Positions 27,542 through 36,639 of a stretch of DNA of 64,000 nucleotides are shown here, one piece after another. Below the pieces are notes generated by a model. It searched no databases, had not been told where the DNA came from, and worked only from the letters and a program-made list of their open reading frames with translations. Every line of letters begins with the position of its first letter. The stretch's first letter is position 1. A program made the translations under genes and the position numbers. Where the stretch lies: positions 186,001 through 250,000 of IMG/VR virus record IMGVR_UViG_3300021338_000003; one strand, given 5' to 3'.

Positions 27542-28054
27542 ATGCGCTACCTGAATGACATTCTAGCCAAGATAATCTTGGTTCGTGATTCCCTTCGGGA
27601 GAAGGGTCAGCAGAAGCATGCTGCTGACCTGGACGCTCACGCGGGCGCACTATACTTCCTCGGGGCTGGAGACAGCTCCGAAATTACCTCTCATGCACCT
27701 GATACCTCTGATTCCGAGCGGGTGGCTCGACTGTCTGGCCAAGAAAAGGCCAGACTGCGCCGCCTCAAAAAGAGAAGGGCCAACAAGCGTCCTGCGCGTA
27801 AGCGCTATGTCTGTTGCACCCCTCTCGAAAAGCGTCGTACCCGTCGTGGGACGGCGTGGGCTAGCGTCTGTCACTATGTAGTCACGAGTGGAAAGCGTCG
27901 TGGTCAAATGGCCGCTTCCTCTATCATGGTCTCCTACGGAAATCAAAAACCGAAGGCAATCATCGTCAAAGAGAGTGGTCGTGATCGTCGAATGAGCTTC
28001 TGTCGAAGTGGTCAACTAGAGCGGGCAAAAGCCAAGTTCGCAAAGAAAGCCTGA
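27542..28054 (+). CDS. Highly basic protein, possible DNA-condensing core protein
   Basis: RLRRLKKRRANKRPARKR..KRRTRR; ATG 27542. Confidence 0.55.
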   Translation: MRYLNDILAKIILVRDSLREKGQQKHAADLDAHAGALYFLGAGDSSEITSHAPDTSDSERVARLSGQEKARLRRLKKRRANKRPARKRYVCCTPLEKRRTRRGTAWASVCHYVVTSGKRRGQMAASSIMVSYGNQKPKAIIVKESGRDRRMSFCRSGQLERAKAKFAKKA

Positions 28055-28078
28055 CATCAGGAACAGAGGAAAATCAAA

Positions 28079-29260
28079 ATGGCAAACCCCTACGGAAAGT
28101 TTTCGGGTGCTACCACCCAGATGGTGCTTGCGGGCACTGATGCTCCGGTTGTGAGTGAAGCTCGCAACTTCGGTCGCACTGTCACTGGCTCCGTCCAGCA
28201 GTCCGGCTCCGGCCTTGCGCCCACCTCCCGTGGCCTAGCCCACGGTGGCGGTGAGCGTCTGTTCGGCGCCAATGGCGAGATCAATGCCTCCAGCAAGCGC
28301 GAGCTGATGGAGAAGATCGGCCTCCTGCTTGACCAAGCCCAGCATGGTGGCTTCGAGCGCCAGATGACCCCCGAGTACAGCCGTGTGGCCCAGGCCCGTG
28401 CTGTTGCTCTCGCCGAAGCCCAGGCCAACCCCGACGGTCCCGGCATGCGGATCATCGCCGAGGCGACCGGCAACGAGGTCTTCGAGACTCTCGGCCGTGA
28501 TGGTCTCGTGCGTCAGTTCCTCCTGATCAACGACCTCAATGGTAGTGACGACGTCAACCGCGTCAAGGTCCGGAAGAAGGACGTGTCCGCGGTCATCTCA
28601 ACCACGAACATCAACACCACCAAGCAGATGGTTCGCCAGATGTGGGTGTACCCGGGCGAGTACTACGTCAAGTCCTTCGTCTCCATTGAGGAGAAGGAGC
28701 TGTCGCAGAACGGTGCCGAGATGCTCGACGAGAAGTTCACGGACATGCTTGAGCAGCACATGGTCCAAGAGGACCGGCACATGAAGAGCCACTTCGATGA
28801 CCAGGTGGGTATCGTCAACCCCGGGCTGACCTTCAACAAGTTCACCCCGCTCATCTTCACCCAGGCTCGCGTGGCTGTCGAGGAGCAGGGCAACCCCTGT
28901 GTCCGCGCTGCCCTCTCCTGGGACCTCTGGGTCGACATTCTCGCTGAGCCGGAGTTCGCCAACTACTTTGACCCGGTCCACAAGCACGCTGCCATCCTCG
29001 ATGGCAAGCTCGGCGCCATCCAGAACGTCCAGCTCTACACCGACGGCTTCCGGTACGATACCCTGCAGGTGCTCGGCACCCGTGAGGTCTACTTCACCGG
29101 TCCGGCGGCTACGGTCGGTGTCCTGGGTCAGCGGAGCCCGATCCAGACGAAGGAGACGGATCGCTACAACCTCGGCCAGGCCGAGCGTGGATGGTTCTCC
29201 TTCCAGATCCAGTCCATGACCACGTTCCCCCGTGCCGTGAGCCGCGCTCGCGGTATCTGA
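28079..29260 (+). CDS. Major capsid protein (HK97-like fold)
   Basis: 393 aa, strong codon bias, GEINASSKREL, EEKELSQ..LDEK..EQHMVQEDR, LDGKLGAIQNVQLYTDGFRY; followed by strong terminator. Confidence 0.8.
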   Translation: MANPYGKFSGATTQMVLAGTDAPVVSEARNFGRTVTGSVQQSGSGLAPTSRGLAHGGGERLFGANGEINASSKRELMEKIGLLLDQAQHGGFERQMTPEYSRVAQARAVALAEAQANPDGPGMRIIAEATGNEVFETLGRDGLVRQFLLINDLNGSDDVNRVKVRKKDVSAVISTTNINTTKQMVRQMWVYPGEYYVKSFVSIEEKELSQNGAEMLDEKFTDMLEQHMVQEDRHMKSHFDDQVGIVNPGLTFNKFTPLIFTQARVAVEEQGNPCVRAALSWDLWVDILAEPEFANYFDPVHKHAAILDGKLGAIQNVQLYTDGFRYDTLQVLGTREVYFTGPAATVGVLGQRSPIQTKETDRYNLGQAERGWFSFQIQSMTTFPRAVSRARGI

Positions 29261-29266
29261 ATCGTG

Positions 29267-29297
29267 GGTGCCCCCCTATGGGGGCACCTTTTCTTTT
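29267..29297 (+). terminator. Rho-independent terminator after MCP
   Basis: ggtgccccc-ctat-gggggcacc-ttttctttt; second GC hairpin 29298-29331. Confidence 0.85.
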
Positions 29298-29353
29298 CGG
29301 GCCGGGTTGTCCCTTTTGGCGGCCCGGCCCGAATCGTATCAGGGGGTTAGGAA

Positions 29354-29743
29354 ATGGAAATCTCAGCCGAGTGCTACTATTACCCCCAGATGCATGCCGT
29401 CGAGTGTACGGTTCGTATATACGACGCCGATACATTGGTTCTACCCCAGGACGTCACTTCTCTTGCCGTCTCTCTTGTTCAGGGTCAAGACGTCCTGGGG
29501 TCTACTTCTGACCTCGACCGCTTCTATGCCAATGAGGATTTCGCCTTTCGAGTCATCTTTTCCCGCCCGACTGCGAACATCCAAACACTCACTATTTCGG
29601 TGACCGCAGAACTCTACAACGGTGATACCAGCACCGCTGAGTTCACCATAGCAGAGGCAGCTGCCTCTGGGTCTAACGATGACTTCGAGGTCAACCCCCT
29701 GCGCAACCAACCCGACAACCGCCCCACTAGGCAGGACACCTGA
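29354..29743 (+). CDS. Hypothetical (Ig-like composition)
   Basis: Beta-rich, AGGA SD. Confidence 0.55.
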   Translation: MEISAECYYYPQMHAVECTVRIYDADTLVLPQDVTSLAVSLVQGQDVLGSTSDLDRFYANEDFAFRVIFSRPTANIQTLTISVTAELYNGDTSTAEFTIAEAAASGSNDDFEVNPLRNQPDNRPTRQDT

Positions 29744-30738
29744 TGCCCCAGAACCCCACCGGACTGGCCTGGTTGGTGCAGAATGTCCTACCCCGGACGT
29801 TCCAAGGTATCCTCGGTAGATGGATGCTCAAGAAACTCTTCGATGCCCTCCGAGACCGGAAGGTACTACCCCGAAGCATCGACCAATGGCTCAAGAAGCC
29901 CGTCAAGGACCTGAACCAGGTGACGGCCGAATGGGACCCCCTAGAGGCACTTCGACTGGTGCCCGAACTTGGTCATGGCACCGTTGAAGCATCTTCTGGG
30001 GACCTGATTCAGGAATCGGTCCGGACCCTCATTCTCGCCACTGTTGGCAGCCCCAAACCAGGCAAATACCCCAAGGGTATCTCCACCAAGGGAAAGGAGG
30101 TCTGGGATGACATTGTCGAGGATTTTGAGAAGGAAATCAAGGACCTGGGTGAGGGTGACCAGGCCCGTGAATGGGCTGCTGCTATCCTTCTCTATCAGCG
30201 TCGGGCCAAAAAGGCCCGAATCCGCCCATTCGGGAAAGGAACCAAAAGACTCTCCCCACACTCCGGAGATGAGGGTCTGGTCAAGAGAAGAGTTCAGAAG
30301 AGGCTGTCCAATTCCTACAAACGAGGGTTTGCCAAACTCAATGCAGCTCTGGATGCCCTCCCGGGTCGCAAATCTGTACTCCGAGCCATGCAACCCTGGT
30401 CTGGCAAGAATGGGTACTGGTTTGCGGTCTGCTACCGTGTCTCGGTTAAGGACCTGGGCCGTGAGGAGAAGAAGGGGCTAGAAACCCTCCTCAAATCCAA
30501 CTTTCGATTTCGCGATGGAAACAACGGAAGTCTTGTTCACGATGATGCCCGAATGAAGCACATTGTACGCCTTCGCAAGTCCCGACGAGAGTGGCGTCTG
30601 TGCCTAGAGTTCTACATGACGAATCGTGAGGCTGAGTTGATGACCGGAGAGAAGCATAGGGATGATATCCTTGAGAAGCTCCGTAAGGTCACCAGGATCC
30701 TCAAAAAGGAACAAAGAATTCCGAGGAGTATGACATGA
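29743..30738 (+). CDS. Basic hypothetical protein
   Basis: Coupled starts/stops on both sides. Confidence 0.65.
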   Translation: MPQNPTGLAWLVQNVLPRTFQGILGRWMLKKLFDALRDRKVLPRSIDQWLKKPVKDLNQVTAEWDPLEALRLVPELGHGTVEASSGDLIQESVRTLILATVGSPKPGKYPKGISTKGKEVWDDIVEDFEKEIKDLGEGDQAREWAAAILLYQRRAKKARIRPFGKGTKRLSPHSGDEGLVKRRVQKRLSNSYKRGFAKLNAALDALPGRKSVLRAMQPWSGKNGYWFAVCYRVSVKDLGREEKKGLETLLKSNFRFRDGNNGSLVHDDARMKHIVRLRKSRREWRLCLEFYMTNREAELMTGEKHRDDILEKLRKVTRILKKEQRIPRSMT

Positions 30739-30962
30739 ACAACATCCGCCGTATGGTCTCCCGGAAGGTCATGGCATCTGCCGAGAGCGTATATCTGGAC
30801 CGGATTCGAAATTCCGGGTTCTTGGCCGACTTTGTCAAGGAGATGAAGGGCACTTCCCAAGAAGCCCGGAATTTCGAGGACCAGTTGAATTCCATGACCC
30901 TAGACACCCTCAAGGAAATGTTTCCCGAGAGCGAGCTTGCGGAATATGAGGGGGCACGATGA
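30735..30962 (+). CDS. Small protein with leader-like N-terminus
   Basis: GAGGAG SD; MNNIRRMVSRKVMA|S. Confidence 0.65.
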   Translation: MNNIRRMVSRKVMASAESVYLDRIRNSGFLADFVKEMKGTSQEARNFEDQLNSMTLDTLKEMFPESELAEYEGAR

Positions 30963-31387
30963 GCACTGCCTATGGTGTGAACCAACGACACCCTGCCACT
31001 GTGGGCCCGGCTGCCACGGTCGATGTGGACATCGAAAACATCCAATCGATGTGGAACATCTCCGGGGCAGCTATTACGGTCATAAATACCCATCCGACGG
31101 TAGACCTCTCCTACACCATCGAGCGGACTCTAGACCTTGGTGCCGGTGTAGACCCTGCGAACGACGGTGTATTCGTGACTGATCTTGGGTCGGGCACTAT
31201 CTCCGCCGACAATGGCCAATTGGTCTTCGAACCAAAAATGACCCTCCAAGCTCTTTCTTCTACTCCACGCATTGTGCATAGGATCTCCCTGTCTCATGCA
31301 GACGGTGCCGAATCTGTGGTGGCCCAGTTCATCATTTCCGGCGTGGCATACGTCAATAACCAAACCGACTTTCTAGCCTTTGGGTGA
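30959..31387 (+). CDS. Hypothetical beta-rich structural protein
   Basis: ATGA coupling. Confidence 0.6.
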   Translation: MSTAYGVNQRHPATVGPAATVDVDIENIQSMWNISGAAITVINTHPTVDLSYTIERTLDLGAGVDPANDGVFVTDLGSGTISADNGQLVFEPKMTLQALSSTPRIVHRISLSHADGAESVVAQFIISGVAYVNNQTDFLAFG

Positions 31388-31391
31388 TCCA

Positions 31392-33209
31392 ATGAGCAGC
31401 CATCTCGAATCGGCCATGCTGGCCTACTCCCGCCTCCACCGGTCCCTGTACAACGAGTGTCGACTGCCCTCCGAAAGACTCGCCCTTCAACGGTTTGACT
31501 CTCTGTACCGGAGGGCCATTGATCATGAGGATTCTCCTCATGTGAAGGCGGCTGCTGAGGAACTCGATGAGAGTCTTGCCGCCTGGGTTGAGAAGGCCGA
31601 AGATGAGATGTCCGTTCACGGAGCCCTACAGGACATCATCTCCTTCAATCGGACCGTTGCAGGCAGAAACAAGGCCCGAGGGTCGGAGGCGTCCAAGCGG
31701 GTCGCCATTGCGGCCGAAGCGGCCGGTGTCGAGGCCATGCCCCTAAGCCTCGATGATTTCTGCGAAGCAACCATGGAGGAAATTCTCGTCCATGGCCAAT
31801 TCGAATGCCCCCTGGGCGGTGACTACATCAAGCCCCGAGCCACTCTGGACGCTATTCGCCATATGGTGGACGTCCCCGATTGGTGGTTCCAGTCCCAAGT
31901 TCGGTCCTCCATGCTGACCCGTGGTATTGTGTCCTCTGTCACTGCTACTGATTGGATGAGGATGCGGACTACCATGGCCAAAAACATAGAGGTCAAGCTT
32001 CTCAAAGGCATTCTTCCAACATCCTGCGAAACATCGATCACTATTGGTCGGCCCGAGAATGTGTACCGCGGAGACCTGAGCACTTCGGTTCTCGTCAATG
32101 TCACAACGGCCAATGGAGAGTCCCAGGCCGACCTCATTCTTGAACCCAATTGTCCACCGGTCATTCGGTGGCGGTTCAGCTTCAATGAGTCCTCTTTCAA
32201 GCGTCTGATGGGTGTGTTCTGTTCATGGAAGACCCCCGAGATTGAGGACGAGTCGGAAATGATGCACACCCTAGCCAACGCAGTGAATGACGACCTTCTG
32301 GAATCCGCTGATAATCTCTCTGATGCGTTCCAATTCGGCACCGTCCACCCTAGCGCATTCATCGACGAGGAGGGGTGCTTCATCCTCCATATGAAGGTGT
32401 GCCGAACCCGGAATATCGAAGCACCCCTAGACCCTATTCGTCGTGCCGAGTTCCTCCTCGAACTCCACCAGGAAGATGAAGCTGCGTTTGGATCCAAAAA
32501 ATCCATGTCCGACGCTGCACAAAGTGTCGGAGATCAACTCGGATTCGATCTCCTCAAGGTATCCACGTACAACACCCAGTCCCGGACCGTGTACCAATTT
32601 TGTGCCGATTTCTGGTGGTGTTTCGCCGACGTTAAGAATCACCCCGAGAACCTCAATGCAGCCGTCTGCTTGGACATCCTTACCGAGACCATTCTCTCCC
32701 TAGGGGATGACAACATCACCGAGGACCACAACCTCAAGAATCCCACCGGTGAGAGCGTTCTGGATGAGCAAGACCAGGTGATGAAGCTCATCGACGACAT
32801 CACCTCGTTCATTCAGTCACCTGGCCTGGCTCCTCGAACTAAGACCAACTGGGGTCTTGTCCTAAACCACCTCAAGGAAGGCAAAAAGGTCAACCACAAG
32901 ACGCTGTTCGATACCCTTCCGAACCGTCTCGAAGTGGCCCGGAAGCAGTCCAATGGTCTTCCTCGGATTAATGCCGGGCGCCTATCCCAGCTCATCATGT
33001 CTTCTGGGTTGAAAAATCTTGGTGTGGACTCCGAAGACTTCGAGATGGTGGTTGAGCAGGACTGGAAGTGCGGGCGCCCGAGCACCCGTTTGGCGGCTAT
33101 CCTGGGATCCGACACATCAGATAGGGTGAACATCGACTACGCCGGTCCTGATGGAAAGGTGTGGGCTCGGGGCAATGGTTACAACATTGACGTGATCATC
33201 TCGGCCTGA
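31392..33209 (+). CDS. Large hypothetical protein
   Basis: 605 aa open frame, no recognised motif. Confidence 0.7.
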   Translation: MSSHLESAMLAYSRLHRSLYNECRLPSERLALQRFDSLYRRAIDHEDSPHVKAAAEELDESLAAWVEKAEDEMSVHGALQDIISFNRTVAGRNKARGSEASKRVAIAAEAAGVEAMPLSLDDFCEATMEEILVHGQFECPLGGDYIKPRATLDAIRHMVDVPDWWFQSQVRSSMLTRGIVSSVTATDWMRMRTTMAKNIEVKLLKGILPTSCETSITIGRPENVYRGDLSTSVLVNVTTANGESQADLILEPNCPPVIRWRFSFNESSFKRLMGVFCSWKTPEIEDESEMMHTLANAVNDDLLESADNLSDAFQFGTVHPSAFIDEEGCFILHMKVCRTRNIEAPLDPIRRAEFLLELHQEDEAAFGSKKSMSDAAQSVGDQLGFDLLKVSTYNTQSRTVYQFCADFWWCFADVKNHPENLNAAVCLDILTETILSLGDDNITEDHNLKNPTGESVLDEQDQVMKLIDDITSFIQSPGLAPRTKTNWGLVLNHLKEGKKVNHKTLFDTLPNRLEVARKQSNGLPRINAGRLSQLIMSSGLKNLGVDSEDFEMVVEQDWKCGRPSTRLAAILGSDTSDRVNIDYAGPDGKVWARGNGYNIDVIISA

Positions 33210-33236
33210 TACACTCTTGGACTGGAGAAAAACAAA

Positions 33237-33677
33237 ATGGGCAAAATGAACGTGTCCAAAATCAGTGAAGTAACGGCAAAATACGAAGTCCTTGCAAGCC
33301 GTCAAGGAATGCATAATGACTTTTTGGAGCGCGCCTACAATATACTAGACGACGCAGGAATTGACAGATCGTCCGTCAAGACTGGAACTCACGGAAGAGA
33401 CTGGTATTGGGTGAGCTTCGAACTTCCGAAGGGGGACTTGTGGTACGAGTGGAGACCCGGTATCGTCTCTCCAGAGACCCAGTCCGGGGAGTCTATCACA
33501 CTTCGACGGAGGCACAGACATAGCAGGCACCCGTCATCCCCCTCTTCCTTTGGGGACGCCCTGGTGAATGTATACAACCCTGCAGAATCCTCCTTCGGGG
33601 ATGTCTGGCTCTCCGACCAAGATATCAGAAATGCCCATTCCGATATCTTGGACGTAATCGAAGGAAAGTACCTCTGA
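33237..33677 (+). CDS. Hypothetical protein with KY..A|S leader
   Basis: GGAG SD; MGKMNVSKISEVTAKYEVLASRQ. Confidence 0.7.
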   Translation: MGKMNVSKISEVTAKYEVLASRQGMHNDFLERAYNILDDAGIDRSSVKTGTHGRDWYWVSFELPKGDLWYEWRPGIVSPETQSGESITLRRRHRHSRHPSSPSSFGDALVNVYNPAESSFGDVWLSDQDIRNAHSDILDVIEGKYL

Positions 33678-33678
33678 C

Positions 33679-33707
33679 TTGCACTCCATCGGGTGCCATG
33701 TTAAAAT
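33679..33707 (+). promoter_or_regulatory. Sigma70-type promoter, copy 3
   Basis: TTGCAC-17 nt (ending TGCCATGT)-TAAAAT, then AGGAGG. Confidence 0.8.
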
Positions 33708-33728
33708 ACGTACATAGGAGGACATCCG

Positions 33729-34592
33729 ATGGGATACGAACAGGCACTTTCGACCAAGAAGCTGGCCACCCACTGCATCCTGTGTGGTCAGCCGCTCCGG
33801 GACCCCATCTCGGTTGAGACTGGTGTTGGTCCGATTTGTCGTGCCAAGAACGGCTACAATGAGGCTGGCAACCCCGAGACCCGTGTCCAGTGTAGCAAGC
33901 TCATCCATGCTGCTGCTCAGCCGGGCTTGACTGCCACCGAGGTCTACGACTACGCCGACCAGATCGAGGCCCTCGGGTTCCCTGATGTGGCCGCCAAAAT
34001 CCGGGAACGGTTCCATCGGGCCTACGAATACGAGCAGCGGGGAACCCTCCCAATCAAGATGAAGAGGGAGAATTACCGCCAGTGGACCGACGCCATCTGG
34101 ATGCACATCCCCTACGATGCCGAAACAACCAAGAAGTTCAACCAAGCCTTGAAGGACCGCATTTGGTCCAGTTATCGGACGGGCACGAAGGATGACACTG
34201 GAACTTTCTGGTGGATCGTCGACCCGAAGCGGGCTGACGCCGTCGACGCTCTCCTCCGGGAGTTCTATACCGGTCGTATGTGCCACTCCTCGTTCGGAGA
34301 CTTCATCATCGGCGAGGAACTCGGAGGTGGTGATACCGAGAAGGCCCCTCAGGAGGAAGCCCCTCCAGTCCCTGGTCCCCCTGCAGCGACGCCCGGAGCC
34401 TCTACCCCCTCGTTTGGAGGTAGTGGCGGAAAGGGAGGCAGCGGCGGCGAGTGGACCCCCATCCCCGGCCCGAGCGGATCCAAGACGTCGACCCCCGATG
34501 ACCCCATCACCCCCTCGCGCAGCCCCCGTGAGGTGGCCGCGGAGCGTGGGCGTGCCCGGGCCGAAGAACTTTTGAAATCTCTGGGATTGTGA
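33729..34592 (+). CDS. DUF6011-like Zn-finger protein with Pro/Gly-rich tail
   Basis: CILCGQPLRDPISVETGVGPICR. Confidence 0.7.
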   Translation: MGYEQALSTKKLATHCILCGQPLRDPISVETGVGPICRAKNGYNEAGNPETRVQCSKLIHAAAQPGLTATEVYDYADQIEALGFPDVAAKIRERFHRAYEYEQRGTLPIKMKRENYRQWTDAIWMHIPYDAETTKKFNQALKDRIWSSYRTGTKDDTGTFWWIVDPKRADAVDALLREFYTGRMCHSSFGDFIIGEELGGGDTEKAPQEEAPPVPGPPAATPGASTPSFGGSGGKGGSGGEWTPIPGPSGSKTSTPDDPITPSRSPREVAAERGRARAEELLKSLGL

Positions 34593-35191
34593 TGGACCCT
34601 CGGCTACTACCCTTCGACACCTGGTACAAAGCCAGGTTGCGCTCCGACGCCCCCAAGGATGTGGCCGACATTTTCCGAGGCCACACCAGGCCCTTCGTAT
34701 ATCTGCTCCGCACCCCAAGCAACATTCCAGTGCCCCGCTTCAAATTGGGCCGATTTGTTGCCTGGAGCGGGGCAGATCGTACCCATGGTCACCTGACCGC
34801 GGAAAAGATTAGGGACTCCTTCGAAATCCTTCAGGTCCATGACGACCAGGAAAACCTCAATGAACGGACCAAGAGATTGTTCCGCAGGAAAAAGCAAATG
34901 AGCAAGATGGACGAAGTTGTTGCGAAGTACGAGAACGAGGTCACAGCCTCCCAGAATGGCCAATTCTACAACGATGAGGGGGAGGAACTTGACGCAGAAG
35001 AAGTTGAGAGTCATGTCGAAGCCACTCTCAAGGAGTTGGAGAAGCTCAAGAAGCAGACAGAAGACTTCCAACGTAAGCTCAAGGCCGGCAGTCTGAAAAC
35101 GGAGGATGGGTTTATGTCGTTCATGTCCGTGATCATCCATGGGTATGACCAAACGGGACCTGTGGGCATCAGCTTCGAGTCCAACGATTAG
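34589..35191 (+). CDS. Hypothetical protein; probable internal start at 34898 giving a leader-bearing product
   Basis: In-frame ATG 34898 preceded by AGGA, reads MSKMDEVVAKYENEVTAS. Confidence 0.6.
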   Translation: MMDPRLLPFDTWYKARLRSDAPKDVADIFRGHTRPFVYLLRTPSNIPVPRFKLGRFVAWSGADRTHGHLTAEKIRDSFEILQVHDDQENLNERTKRLFRRKKQMSKMDEVVAKYENEVTASQNGQFYNDEGEELDAEEVESHVEATLKELEKLKKQTEDFQRKLKAGSLKTEDGFMSFMSVIIHGYDQTGPVGISFESND

Positions 35192-35213
35192 CCGTCCTTC
35201 CTAGAGACGGTTG

Positions 35214-35242
35214 AGCCCCGGTAGGATAATCCCTCCGGGGCT
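35214..35242. terminator. Hairpin between convergent genes
   Basis: agccccgg...ccggggct. Confidence 0.6.
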
Positions 35243-35266
35243 TATTTGTATTCAGTCAAGATTGAA

Positions 35267-36127
35267 TCAGCTGGACATCTTCCAGCCTTCGTCATCCTCC
35301 AATTCGGACATAGCCTTCTCCCAATCCGATGGGTGAACCTTCAGGGCCCGCATGGTCTGGTTCATTTCATTGGATACCTGACGAGTGTTGGTAATGGCCC
35401 GTCCAGCCAGGGACAAACGTTCGGTAACCTTGATTACATCCTTGAGGATGTCGGTCTTCGAACGACTGTAGAGGTAGGGAATGAGACGGCCGATGGCCAC
35501 CGACATCACGACAGCAGTGGCTGCCATACCCACGTCTTTGATGAGCCCTACCTTGAGGTACTTGAGAACTCCACGGGCCAGGCTATCTACGACACGACCA
35601 GCACGGTCCTTGCGCTTCTGAAGAAGGGTGTTGTTGACCGAGGCAGCTGTCTTGAAGAAGACTTCCAAGTCACGCTCGGAAGCAGACGTTCCCAGGGCTC
35701 CCAGGAGCTGGGATATAGCCTCGACATTTCCAGCCATTTCATCTTTCCAGAAGGTTACCATGGTGCGGAGGTACAAGGTCAGAACACGCATCAGGACGGT
35801 CACTGCGAGGTAGGCCCCTGCCTGCCCCAGCCATGCCGGGATGGCGGCCTCGACCTGCTTGCGCTCAATGAGATGGGACAGTCGAGTGGCAGCCGTGGCC
35901 TTGGTCTTACCGTCGGCACCAGGCTCGTCCTTGGAATTCCACTCATCATCGACCTCTTCGAAGAAGTCCTTCTTCTCGCTGTCAGACAGGTCCGAAATCT
36001 CATCGATTCCATGCTCCTTCATCTGACCCTTCATATAATTCTGCCAGTCCTTCTCATGCTCGGTCGTGGCAGGATTTCCATCCTTAGCCACCCGGTAGCG
36101 ATCGACGACATCTTTGATCGACATCAT
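35267..36127 (-). CDS. Putative prohead core/internal protein
   Basis: ATG 36127 after AGGAG, coupled to upstream stop; MMSIKDVVDRY leader; EHGIDEISDLSDSEKKDFFEEVDDEW recalls T4-like prohead-core motif; VEAAIPAWL segment. Confidence 0.65.
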   Translation of the reverse strand: MMSIKDVVDRYRVAKDGNPATTEHEKDWQNYMKGQMKEHGIDEISDLSDSEKKDFFEEVDDEWNSKDEPGADGKTKATAATRLSHLIERKQVEAAIPAWLGQAGAYLAVTVLMRVLTLYLRTMVTFWKDEMAGNVEAISQLLGALGTSASERDLEVFFKTAASVNNTLLQKRKDRAGRVVDSLARGVLKYLKVGLIKDVGMAATAVVMSVAIGRLIPYLYSRSKTDILKDVIKVTERLSLAGRAITNTRQVSNEMNQTMRALKVHPSDWEKAMSELEDDEGWKMSS

Positions 36128-36618
36128 GTCTCCTGGTATTTGCGGATGACTTCGCGAAGACATGCCACCCGGGCGAATGTTGTTTCGACTATATCCACCA
36201 AGGCGTCTTTTCCTTGGTCAGACACGAAATCCACTACCGATCCGTACCCGGACTGGGCACGAACAGTCAGCACCATGCGCCCCACGTCCTGGGACGTCAC
36301 ATCCGGACCACGCCAAACAGCATGGACCAAAAGCGAATCCAGGTCCATCAATGGGACCCGGAGCTGGCCGAGGGCCTGCTTCGTGGCCCTCCACTTGTAG
36401 TGGTTGGTTACCTGGGGCGGAGCGGGGTTCATGTCCGCCAAAGCCCGGTCGAAGGGGAGCGCAGCCTCAGAAGTCAAAGCCGCCTCTTGGACCCGCATGT
36501 CCACTAGTCCACGAGCAAACTCCGGGAGTTCACTGTAGGCCAGATACGAGTCCGCCAATGAGGAGGCGAAAACCACCTGCATCATTGGCGAAAGAAAGGG
36601 TCTCACGGCCAACCCCAC
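36124..36618 (-). CDS. Hypothetical protein
   Basis: Operon-like coupling; start uncertain. Confidence 0.55.
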   Translation of the reverse strand: MGLAVRPFLSPMMQVVFASSLADSYLAYSELPEFARGLVDMRVQEAALTSEAALPFDRALADMNPAPPQVTNHYKWRATKQALGQLRVPLMDLDSLLVHAVWRGPDVTSQDVGRMVLTVRAQSGYGSVVDFVSDQGKDALVDIVETTFARVACLREVIRKYQET

Positions 36619-36639
36619 TAGGCTGCCGCGGATGACTGT

